DNA from: Thermoplasmatota archaeon
Lineage (GTDB): Archaea > Thermoplasmatota > Penumbrarchaeia > Penumbrarchaeales > Penumbrarchaeaceae
Assembly (NCBI GenBank): GCA_965234725.1
Contig: CBDDUX010000034.1
Coordinates: 1-43,455 of the forward strand
Length of the DNA: 43,455 nucleotides
Direction: 5' to 3'
How positions within the stretch are numbered: position 1 is the first letter of the stretch; each line of letters starts with the position of its first letter. The translations under genes and the position numbers were made by a program. Below, piece after piece: positions 8,899 to 17,921 of the stretch. The notes under the pieces were generated by a model that had not been told where the DNA came from, made no database searches, and saw nothing but the letters and a program-made list of their open reading frames with translations.

Positions 8899-10533
8899 AT
8901 GGTTGGGGATAATAAGGAAGAAAAAAAGGGAAAACCTCCTGACAACCTGCCAGTAAGTATATTCGACAGGTTGCTTCACTCCAAACGGAGCAATATCTTC
9001 CTTGGAGCCATACTCCTATTGATAGCATCACTTCCCAGGTTCTTCTACATATCAAGGGACATTCATCCCAACGGAGTGGACGAGGGCGTCCAGATAATGG
9101 CCGGCCGGATGCTGGATGCGGGTTATGATTTCTACACCCAGATCAACACCGTTCAGGCCCCGTTGATGCTCTCCATTTACGGTGTGGTCGAAGGGGATCC
9201 GGTGATCTTCAGGATCTTCTCCACAATTGCATCATTGGTGATCATGGTTTGTATCATGTGGGTCGGTAGAAGGGTGGGTGGAAGACATGTTATGGTTGCG
9301 GCTGGGGCCTTCGCTGCCATGGACCTGATGTTCCTACACGAATCGAGGCTTGCATCTCTGGACATGTTCTGCTTACTTTGGATAGTAGTAGCTGTCGCTT
9401 TCTTCATCAAATACAGACAATCAGGTAAGAAATGGGCGGTCCTGATGATGGGGGTCTCTCTTGGCATCGGATCGATGATCAAACTTTTCGCAGTGATTGC
9501 CGCGGGATTGATGGGACTGATAATGTTACTTGATTGGGTGAACGATACTGATACCCCGATATTGAATTCTATCAAGACCGAAAAGCTACTCCCTCACAGG
9601 AAATTCCATAATGTAAGGTTCCTCCATATGGTACTTCTGCTGCTCTCATTCTCTCTGGTCGTCCTATTCATTATGGCCAGGTTCGGGATCGTCGAGGTCA
9701 TTGAGGGTATGTTCCTGAATCAACTCCACAGACCGGTATCCCCCTTTACAACGAAACTGAGGTATTTTGGTGTCTTCGTCCTCCTCAACAGTATTGCCTT
9801 TCCATTCTTCTTCCTGGGACTCAAACCTCTCTACAAGAAGCCGGAAGGGATCATTGCGATCATCACGATCGGTTTCTTCCTTTACTTTATGTTCCAGGCT
9901 GCCACATGGATCCACCATTTCGTTTTCCTTTCACCCGGCCTTTCCTTGACAGCAGGCGTTGGAGTGATCAGACTTGGAAGGATGGTGGATAGATACAGAA
10001 GGAAGAATGAAAGGCTTAAGATATCGACCAGAAAAGCTGGTAGAACGATAATCTACTTACAGGTAATTCTGATGCTTCTTGTAGCAGTGGTAGGTGGGGG
10101 ATTCTCACTTCTGGTAAAAGAGAGGGGTGAATCCGCTCAATACAAGGCAGCTTCCCTGGTGGAGGACTTGACCGAACCGGAGGATTTTGTGATCTCCGGT
10201 GACCCCATGATACCGGTGATCGCCAATAGACACCAACCCCCTCCGGTCGTGAACGTGGCCAGACTCAAGTATCCCGATGTTACCAACGATCAGTTGAATG
10301 AGACCACCATCATCTACGGTGTGGAGGTGGTAATATTGACCTACCACCTTTCGGAGATGGAGGGTTATGTGGACTTCATTGAAAAATACTACAAACAGAA
10401 GGCAAGGTATACGGACAATACCCTTCCATTCCTGGAAAATGAGGAAGAGTATAGAGTGTTCTACCTGCCAGAACATTCCGAACTTCGTGAAAATGAACTC
10501 TGGAGGCTTGAAACCCTTCCCCCACTCAAGTGA
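8899..10533 (+). CDS. GT-C fold membrane glycosyltransferase (PMT_2/ArnT-like)
   Basis: Polytopic membrane protein with a DEG motif after TM1, QAPL, SRLASLDMF, GSMIKLFAV, and a C-terminal extracellular domain. Confidence 0.8.
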   Translation: MVGDNKEEKKGKPPDNLPVSIFDRLLHSKRSNIFLGAILLLIASLPRFFYISRDIHPNGVDEGVQIMAGRMLDAGYDFYTQINTVQAPLMLSIYGVVEGDPVIFRIFSTIASLVIMVCIMWVGRRVGGRHVMVAAGAFAAMDLMFLHESRLASLDMFCLLWIVVAVAFFIKYRQSGKKWAVLMMGVSLGIGSMIKLFAVIAAGLMGLIMLLDWVNDTDTPILNSIKTEKLLPHRKFHNVRFLHMVLLLLSFSLVVLFIMARFGIVEVIEGMFLNQLHRPVSPFTTKLRYFGVFVLLNSIAFPFFFLGLKPLYKKPEGIIAIITIGFFLYFMFQAATWIHHFVFLSPGLSLTAGVGVIRLGRMVDRYRRKNERLKISTRKAGRTIIYLQVILMLLVAVVGGGFSLLVKERGESAQYKAASLVEDLTEPEDFVISGDPMIPVIANRHQPPPVVNVARLKYPDVTNDQLNETTIIYGVEVVILTYHLSEMEGYVDFIEKYYKQKARYTDNTLPFLENEEEYRVFYLPEHSELRENELWRLETLPPLK

Positions 10534-10597
10534 AGGTAGCTCATAGGACCGAAAAGGATATGACAATCCCGCTCAATAACAAAACCGGTGCGATAAG

Positions 10598-13500
10598 ATG
10601 TCCTCCAAGGAACGTTTGCTGTCCTTTTGGATAGTCATCTGCTTGTTACTCCCGCTATTCCCGATCATCGGAAGCACGGAGGCAGATACTGTCCATAAGA
10701 TGTCTCAAAGGGGACCAGGCGGTCTGGAACCCTACTCCCTTGGCCTCGATCTCCCGGAGATAGAACCCCAGTATGTGATCCTATGTCCCGAAGATTTCAG
10801 CGACGAGGCCGCGGTATTGGCCGTCCATAGGACTTTGATGGGGCTTCCAACGATGATCTTCTCCCTTGAGGATATCGACAACGCAATGGATGGAAGGGAC
10901 CCTCAAGAGAAGGTACATAATTTCCTATCCCAACTGAAAGATGACAATCCGTCCTTTAAATGGCTGCTGATCCTCGGTGATTCGGAGTTCCTCATGCCCA
11001 GACAGTTATGGCACTATGCTTTCTCAAGGGGGCAACCATTCGGTGATTACTACTTCAGCGATGCATACTATGCCGGATTGGATTCGGACTGGGACCTCGA
11101 TGGGGACGGAAAGTTCGGAGAATTATACTACAATGGCACTGTGGAAGCTGATCTCAACTGGGACCTTTATGTTGGAAGGGTCCCAGCATCCAATGAAACG
11201 CAGGCGAAGAACTACATATCCAAACTTATCAGGTACGAGACGGATCCTCCAGTAGGGACATGGATGAACAGGTTCCTGAACTGGGGATCGTTGATGGAGC
11301 CTCCCAACCTTGAAACCACTGTCAACCGCTATTACCCCTACAAATCCAATGCATACAAGGTATGCCAGAGGGTCAAAGGAAATCTGCCAGATGACCTGGA
11401 CTACAAGGAACTTTACGATTATCAGCAGCTTGAAGGCGGCAATTACAGCATGTACAGTGATACGGACACCTTGAACCGCAATAACATGCTGTCACAGTTC
11501 AACGCTGGGGCTTCCATGCTGAACTTCGTTGGCCAGGCAAGGTATGATGCTTATGCCCTCAACGATTATGGGAAACCATACGGAGATGGGACAATCTATA
11601 CCTGGAATGAGCCCATGGGTTACCAGGACCATTCCATATTCACCAACGGGGACATGATGCCCTTAATGTACGCATCCACTTGTGATACGGCCAAGTTCTT
11701 CCAGACAGGTTATTGGGAAGACAAATCCCTGGAAACCTGGCTGACATCCTCATATGGCGGGATAATCGGGCTTATCTCATCCACCAATGTTTCTGCCAGA
11801 GGAGAGGAGCAGAACAGGACATGGGGCAACTGGTATCTGGACGAGGAGTTCTGGAAGCTGTTCCTGAACTCCCAGGAGACCAAACCCGGAAGGACAATGT
11901 TCCTCTTAAAGGAAAGATACAAGGACAAATGGTTCACACCCTCCTTCGACATCAAGGAGACTATAATGGGCATGATCTACGCTTACATCCTTCTGGGTGA
12001 ACCATATGTTGACGTCTATACCGATATGGCAGGAAGATTCCCCCAGAGCATACAGGGTAAGCTGAACATATACCAGGGAGATCATTCATTCCAATTCAAT
12101 GTGAAGGACAGGAATGGTGATCCCGTCCCAAATGCCATGATGACCATATTCTCCCATTCAACCTACTCCACATTCAAAGCAGACGAGAATGGTGTAATTG
12201 ATGCGATGTTCGATCCATCGGGAGATTGGCTGCTGAACATCACTTTCACTGCCCATAACATGGTGATGTCAACATATACAGTAGATGTTCTTGATGAGAT
12301 CGCGGACCCGATGATCCAAGCAGATTCACTTGTGATCACACCTCCCACCTTCGACCATGGGGATGATGTGAACATCTCCTTTACCCTGGCCAATATTGGT
12401 GGAACAACAGCTGAAGATGTTGCTGTAAGGATAGAAAGGTCAATGGACGGGGGAGGAAACTGGACCCTTCTTGAAAGAAGAATTATCGGGAATCTGGAAA
12501 ATGGCCATGAGATCCTCTTTTCAAAGATCGTTACAGTCCTTGCAGGTGAGGAATCGTTCAGGTTCGAAGTGGAAACATCATCGGATGAGATCGACCTTGA
12601 TAATAATCAGGTCTCGGTTCAATTCAATATACCAGGACCCTCCCTGTCCTTCGAGATGGGAACCGGACTTATCAAGCCATCCTCTACTGTCAGACCGATG
12701 TCCCCTATCACTTTGGATTACGACGTATACAATGAAGGACCTTCCTGGGGTCACCTTGTTCTGCAGGTCTTTATGGGAAATCCGGAAGAAGGGGGTACTC
12801 CGGTGACCGATCCAATAGATAGGGGATTGGTTGCGGCACATTCCTGGTTGAATGGTACTATCGAACTGACTGCGCCATCCGGAACCGGACTTCTATATAT
12901 TGTCATGGACCCGTTGGAAGAATACAGGGATGAGATGGTCGATGGACCTGTCAAATCTCTCATAGTGGTAAATGATGCTCCAAGGTCCAACGGTAACCTA
13001 TCCCTCGTTTTCCTGGAAGATACAGGGCCGGGAAGGATACGTGTAGACGATGCGTTCTCGGATCCGGACAACACTACTTCGGATATGATCTATTCATTCT
13101 GGACGGATGTGAATATCACATTGACAATGATCCGAGAAGACCTTGAGACCTACTTGGAGGTCACTGTTTTGGATGACTGGTGGGGTAATGCCACAATTGC
13201 TGTGAACGCTTCCGATGGACTCGGCCAGGTTACTACATGGATAGAACTCTCAGTGATCCCCGTCAATGATCCCCCGATAATCAAGAATACCATTGATGGA
13301 AAAATAAAACTGACAATGGTGGAGGATACACCCTTCTCCTCGGTGATCTCAGCTTCGGATAAGGAGGGATCACCTCTCTTGTTCTCCATCGATGGAGCCC
13401 CTTTTGGTATAAATGGAACAACAGGGGCCATCGAATGGACACCGGGCCAGGAAGATGTTGGAACAAGGGAATGGACCCTTAAGGTCGAGGATCAGGACGG

Positions 13501-13999
13501 TGCCGAAACCCTTGTGATCCTGGAGGTGGAGGTCAGTGAGAGGAACGATCCTCCCTCCATTCAACCGATATCCGATATTACATTGGATGAGGATGATGTG
13601 AGATCCATCGATCTAATGATCGTTGATGAAGAAGGGGCCGTTCCAACTGTAAGTACAAGCCATTCCTTTGCAGTTATTGGATCCGATGGGAAGCTGGTCC
13701 TTACCTGGGATGAGAATTGGATAGGTACAAACCTTGTGACATTGGAGATCACAGATGGGATCAACACCGTGTACCTATCCTTCAATGTGACCATGACGGA
13801 ACCCATTGATGATGGTGATGACAAGGGTATGGATCTTGATCTGATCTTCTTGACCACGGGCATATCATTGGCTTTGATAGCGGTCTTGATGATAGTATTC
13901 CTGGTCTTAAGAAGGAATAAGGTCGATGATCAGGTAAGAACAGAGAAGGCGGAAGCGGACAGGTTGTATCAATGGGAGAAGGATAGCCTGGAAGAATGA
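10598..13999 (+). CDS. Peptidase C25 (gingipain)-family surface protein with CARDB and cadherin-like domains and C-terminal TM
   Basis: Signal peptide; YVILCP, WLLILGD, SDAYYAGLDSDW, DLYVGRVP, NFVGQA, STCDTAKF, GGIIGLISST, YILLGEP; CARDB-like EIDLDNN; VNDPP repeats; TM near the C-terminus. Confidence 0.88.
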   Translation: MSSKERLLSFWIVICLLLPLFPIIGSTEADTVHKMSQRGPGGLEPYSLGLDLPEIEPQYVILCPEDFSDEAAVLAVHRTLMGLPTMIFSLEDIDNAMDGRDPQEKVHNFLSQLKDDNPSFKWLLILGDSEFLMPRQLWHYAFSRGQPFGDYYFSDAYYAGLDSDWDLDGDGKFGELYYNGTVEADLNWDLYVGRVPASNETQAKNYISKLIRYETDPPVGTWMNRFLNWGSLMEPPNLETTVNRYYPYKSNAYKVCQRVKGNLPDDLDYKELYDYQQLEGGNYSMYSDTDTLNRNNMLSQFNAGASMLNFVGQARYDAYALNDYGKPYGDGTIYTWNEPMGYQDHSIFTNGDMMPLMYASTCDTAKFFQTGYWEDKSLETWLTSSYGGIIGLISSTNVSARGEEQNRTWGNWYLDEEFWKLFLNSQETKPGRTMFLLKERYKDKWFTPSFDIKETIMGMIYAYILLGEPYVDVYTDMAGRFPQSIQGKLNIYQGDHSFQFNVKDRNGDPVPNAMMTIFSHSTYSTFKADENGVIDAMFDPSGDWLLNITFTAHNMVMSTYTVDVLDEIADPMIQADSLVITPPTFDHGDDVNISFTLANIGGTTAEDVAVRIERSMDGGGNWTLLERRIIGNLENGHEILFSKIVTVLAGEESFRFEVETSSDEIDLDNNQVSVQFNIPGPSLSFEMGTGLIKPSSTVRPMSPITLDYDVYNEGPSWGHLVLQVFMGNPEEGGTPVTDPIDRGLVAAHSWLNGTIELTAPSGTGLLYIVMDPLEEYRDEMVDGPVKSLIVVNDAPRSNGNLSLVFLEDTGPGRIRVDDAFSDPDNTTSDMIYSFWTDVNITLTMIREDLETYLEVTVLDDWWGNATIAVNASDGLGQVTTWIELSVIPVNDPPIIKNTIDGKIKLTMVEDTPFSSVISASDKEGSPLLFSIDGAPFGINGTTGAIEWTPGQEDVGTREWTLKVEDQDGAETLVILEVEVSERNDPPSIQPISDITLDEDDVRSIDLMIVDEEGAVPTVSTSHSFAVIGSDGKLVLTWDENWIGTNLVTLEITDGINTVYLSFNVTMTEPIDDGDDKGMDLDLIFLTTGISLALIAVLMIVFLVLRRNKVDDQVRTEKAEADRLYQWEKDSLEE

Positions 14000-14016
14000 T
14001 CCTTGGTGGGATGTAA

Positions 14017-15144
14017 ATGGTCCGTGCTTTCAGTTACCTTCAAAGCAATATTATCGACAAAGGTCTCTGCACCCGGTGTGGTGGTTGTCAAGCTTCCTGT
14101 CCTGTTGAAGCGATCTCCTTCACTAAAGAGGGCGTGAAGCTTACCGGAGAATGCATAGAGTGCGGTAACTGCGCATCCATTTGCCCTGGCGGTGGTATAG
14201 ACCTCGCTTCATACGTGAAGAGGCTTTTCGGTAAGAAGAGAAGATCCGAATGGGGAGACAGACTCGGGATCCACATCAGGAAAGAATTTCTGGAAGCAGG
14301 AGAAAAAGAAGTTTTCAAAATGGGATATTTCGGGGGCAGGGTGTCAGCATTATTGATCCATGCTCTTAATAATGGAACTATCGACGCTGCATTGCTATCT
14401 GATTGGTCAGGGACAGATGCCCTATCGATCGGAAGAGGTGTCATTGCCAGGAATCGTGAGGAGATCCTATCGGCCTCATCCTCAAAATACCTCTTCTCCC
14501 CGGTCCTCAACCTTCTCAGGAAGATCAAGGATGACCGGACGATCGAAACCGTGGCCCTGGTAGGCCTTCCCTGTCATATCCATGCGTTTAGGAAAATGGA
14601 GGCACATCCAGGTACCAGGTCCTTGACGGAAAAAGTGAGCGTTCTGATTTCCCTTAATTGCGGTGCAACGAACCTTGATGAGGAGAATTGGAAGAGGATA
14701 ATTGAGAAGTTAACGTATGTTTCCGGAAGTGATATCTCTCGATTCTCTGCAAAGAAGGTATCTGGTAACACCATCAGATTCCACGTTGAAAAGATCGACG
14801 GGTCAATGGTGGAAAAGGATATCCCTCTGACAAAATACGTGAGAGGGATACAAAAATTCGGTGTCTGGCCAAGATGTATGATATGTCCGGATTACTCGGG
14901 TGAACTATCAGATATCTCATTCGGAGCACCCTATATCAGGACACAACGAGGTGCGGACCTAATTGATTCAGCCAAAGTTTCAGGTGTGCTTGTCAAAGCC
15001 AGTTTCAAGATGCGGATGTCCCAAGTCCTGACGGACACTATAATTGCAAGAAGGAAGCTTTGGCATACCAAGAAGAACATCAAAAAGAGAAAAAGAAGAG
15101 GACTCCCCTATCCGAATTATTCGAAAAATCCAGGAAAGGAATAA
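14017..15144 (+). CDS. Coenzyme F420 hydrogenase/dehydrogenase beta-subunit (FrhB/FdhB) family protein with N-terminal 2x[4Fe-4S] domain
   Basis: CTRCGGCQASCP and CIECGNCASICP; GGRVSALL; SKY; VGLPCH; LNC; CMICPDYSGELSDISFG. Confidence 0.88.
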   Translation: MVRAFSYLQSNIIDKGLCTRCGGCQASCPVEAISFTKEGVKLTGECIECGNCASICPGGGIDLASYVKRLFGKKRRSEWGDRLGIHIRKEFLEAGEKEVFKMGYFGGRVSALLIHALNNGTIDAALLSDWSGTDALSIGRGVIARNREEILSASSSKYLFSPVLNLLRKIKDDRTIETVALVGLPCHIHAFRKMEAHPGTRSLTEKVSVLISLNCGATNLDEENWKRIIEKLTYVSGSDISRFSAKKVSGNTIRFHVEKIDGSMVEKDIPLTKYVRGIQKFGVWPRCMICPDYSGELSDISFGAPYIRTQRGADLIDSAKVSGVLVKASFKMRMSQVLTDTIIARRKLWHTKKNIKKRKRRGLPYPNYSKNPGKE

Positions 15145-15169
15145 AGTCGGGTTAAGCGATCCTGGTTTC

Positions 15170-16012
15170 ATGGCATTTAAAGATCTGCCCCCAGGCCCGA
15201 CACTTCGATCCTGGCATGGTAAGAACATCTCAATTCACAATTTCTACTCCGTTGCGGGAATCTCCACATCCTTCTTCTGCTTGACCTCGGTTGGGACCAT
15301 TTTATTCGAAGCAGGCGATGGTTGCACCAGGGACCTGATAGAGCTTAAAAGAATACTAGAACAAGAGAGAGGGAGCCCTGATCCAGATACCTATTTGGAT
15401 ACCATTCCTGCTGTTGTGATCTCACATCAACATTTTGATCATTACGCAGGTCTTCTGAATCTTCTGAACCTATTTCATCTGACACAGAGAAAGGATGTGC
15501 TGAAGATCATTTATCCCAGGGGTAGCAAAGCGATCGAGACGCTTGTGGACCATTTCATTGAGACCCTATGGGAAGAATGCCCTTTCGAGATAGAGTTGAT
15601 CCCGGTGGAAGGACCTACCGAAATTAACCTTGATGGGATCACCCTTTCAACCATCCCGGTATTACACCGTTACAGCAGACCGGGAGCGGTGGGAAACAAG
15701 GTTCCTGCAATGGCATATTCTATTCGATCAGGGGAGGAAAGGATCTCCTATTCCGGTGACACCTGCGGATCCAATGAACTGGAAAGGTTCATGGAGGGTT
15801 CAGACCTGGCCCTGGTTGAGGCAACCTTTGCCACCATTCCCTCAGGTCATGAAGAAGTGCACATGGATTTGAAAAAGGCAGCTGCCCTGGCATCAAGGGC
15901 AAAGGAAAAATGGTTGGTACATTTCACATCCGCTTCATATTCTGCACATTCAAAGACCGAGGATCTCGACCCTGGTGTAGTACCTACTGTTTCCAGGGGA
16001 GAAATACCCTGA
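15170..16012 (+). CDS. MBL-fold metallo-hydrolase, RNase Z-like
   Basis: ISHQHFDHYAG, YSGDT, EATF, HM, LVHF. Start set at ATG 15170 to avoid a 100-bp overlap with the upstream gene. Confidence 0.82.
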   Translation: MAFKDLPPGPTLRSWHGKNISIHNFYSVAGISTSFFCLTSVGTILFEAGDGCTRDLIELKRILEQERGSPDPDTYLDTIPAVVISHQHFDHYAGLLNLLNLFHLTQRKDVLKIIYPRGSKAIETLVDHFIETLWEECPFEIELIPVEGPTEINLDGITLSTIPVLHRYSRPGAVGNKVPAMAYSIRSGEERISYSGDTCGSNELERFMEGSDLALVEATFATIPSGHEEVHMDLKKAAALASRAKEKWLVHFTSASYSAHSKTEDLDPGVVPTVSRGEIP

Positions 16013-17786
16013 AAACGGAGCCCCCGCCTGGATTATCCTCAACCCAGATCCTTCCGTTGTGAAGCTCACAGATACCTTTTGAAATTGCAAGGCCGAGTCC
16101 TGCGCCCATTGTACCGGAACCGTCCTCGACCCTGGTGAACCTCTCGAAAATCGATTCCTTATGGTTATCCGGAACTCCCTTTCCTTCATCTGAGACGGAT
16201 AACACAATACCGCTAAGGTCTGCTCCGAGGGATATCCTTATCTTGGTTCCCGGTCCGCTGTACTTCATTGCATTATCAAGAAGATTGAGAACGACCTGTT
16301 CCAGGAATCTATGGCCCCTTATCTCGAAGTCTCCCTTACCTGCCTCGTATATTATGGTAAAGGATTCCGTCTTGGGATATAGCATCTCCAGGCAGTTGTC
16401 CACCATGGCCTTGACATCTATCGATCCGAAATCAGATGTTATCTTTCCTTCCTGAAGCTGGGCAAATGTGTTTGCCAGTGTGATCGTGTCATTCATTCTC
16501 CTCGTGAGGGAGGTTATCTTCCTGATGTAATCCTTTACTTTCTCCTCATCAACATAATCCATCAGTTCTGAATAACCCCTTACCGCGGAGAGGGGGTTCT
16601 TCAGGTCATGGGATAGGATCGATAGAAGAAGCCTGTATGTCCTGTTTGTGGCTTCTAACTGACGTACTCCGCTATCTATGGTCTCCATTTCAACACCGGT
16701 CATCCTTACTCCAACGATAGGGCCCTCAGGATCTCCTTCGCGTATGGCCCTGAACTTGCAAAGAAAGGACCTTCCGCATCCGTTCCTGTCCGTGATCTGG
16801 AGGTCTATCTGACCGGGATCACCTGATATGAAAGTGGAGGACCAGACATTCATTGCTCTCTCCCATTCCCTTCCGGGAGGGATAAAAAAGGGTCCGTCCA
16901 ACATATCAGGGATGACACCCTGCATATCGATCATTTCCTCTGCCTTTCTGTTGCAGTTAATATCCCATTCAGAATCTTTGTTCCTCCAAACCACCAGAAT
17001 ATCATCCGTCCCATCAAGAAGGTCCCTGGACCTGTCCCGTTCCTTGCGTAGGGATTCAATTTCAAGGACCCTTCCAAGTGAATGCCCAAGGGCTTTCCAC
17101 AAAGGGTCCAGTGATCCGATGTGTTGGTTGGCATCTCTCCTTTCAGAAGATGAGAAGAGGGTAAGTTGTCCTATCCTTTCGCCCCTGTATTCTAGCGGGA
17201 CCGAAAGAGATGATCGCAAATTGAGGACAATAGGGTCACCATTGGGTGTCTTCCCCCTGAAAGTTCCTTTACATCCTTCCTGATAGAGAGGATCATCACA
17301 TTCGATGACCGGCCCCTCCAGGCAAAGGGGATCATTTGTAACCACTATCCTATCCTTCAATGAGAAATCAAAGGACTCAGGAAGGTCATCTGATATGAAT
17401 TCGGAACCCGTATCCTCAAGGTCCACATCAAGAGGTCTCCATGAGAGCCTTCCAACATCAAAATCCATCACATCCGTCATTGTCCTTTTCAGAACATCTT
17501 TGATGGAATCTATGTCATCGCAACCGAAAAGTGCAAGACCGGCATCAGAGCAGATAGATGGTGTGGCCCCCCCACCAAGGACCCGACCAATATCGAATAA
17601 CCCAGGTGTAAGAACAGACCCAAGATTACCTTTTAAGCCAGCAGCGGGTGACTGACCGCTGTTCTGGCTTGAGAGGGCACCTTGAAAGCCAAGGCTGCCC
17701 CGGATGCTTTCTTCCTTCCATTCTTTCATGGTGGAAGCTCCAAAAATGGTTGGTCTTACCCCCGACCAAACGATGATAAGAGACAT
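15984..17786 (-). CDS. Cytoplasmic sensor histidine kinase (GAF-like, PAS-like, HisKA, HATPase_c)
   Basis: H-box SHDLKNPL; N-box NLLDNAMKY; G1 DEGKGV; F IFERF; G2 GAGLGLAI; GAF-like LSVPLEYRGERIGQLTL. No TM. Alternative start at ATG 17729. Confidence 0.9.
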   Translation of the reverse strand: MSLIIVWSGVRPTIFGASTMKEWKEESIRGSLGFQGALSSQNSGQSPAAGLKGNLGSVLTPGLFDIGRVLGGGATPSICSDAGLALFGCDDIDSIKDVLKRTMTDVMDFDVGRLSWRPLDVDLEDTGSEFISDDLPESFDFSLKDRIVVTNDPLCLEGPVIECDDPLYQEGCKGTFRGKTPNGDPIVLNLRSSLSVPLEYRGERIGQLTLFSSSERRDANQHIGSLDPLWKALGHSLGRVLEIESLRKERDRSRDLLDGTDDILVVWRNKDSEWDINCNRKAEEMIDMQGVIPDMLDGPFFIPPGREWERAMNVWSSTFISGDPGQIDLQITDRNGCGRSFLCKFRAIREGDPEGPIVGVRMTGVEMETIDSGVRQLEATNRTYRLLLSILSHDLKNPLSAVRGYSELMDYVDEEKVKDYIRKITSLTRRMNDTITLANTFAQLQEGKITSDFGSIDVKAMVDNCLEMLYPKTESFTIIYEAGKGDFEIRGHRFLEQVVLNLLDNAMKYSGPGTKIRISLGADLSGIVLSVSDEGKGVPDNHKESIFERFTRVEDGSGTMGAGLGLAISKGICELHNGRIWVEDNPGGGSVFRVFLPWKQ

Positions 17787-17921
17787 GCTATTTCAACATT
17801 GGGGGCCATTTCCAGTGCAGGTTTTTATAGGGTCGTAAGGGGTATAAAAACTGGTTTGAGGGGATGAAATTTTGAGACGTCCCCAAGGGCCTATTTAGGA
17901 CGGGTCCGATTATCTGATGAG

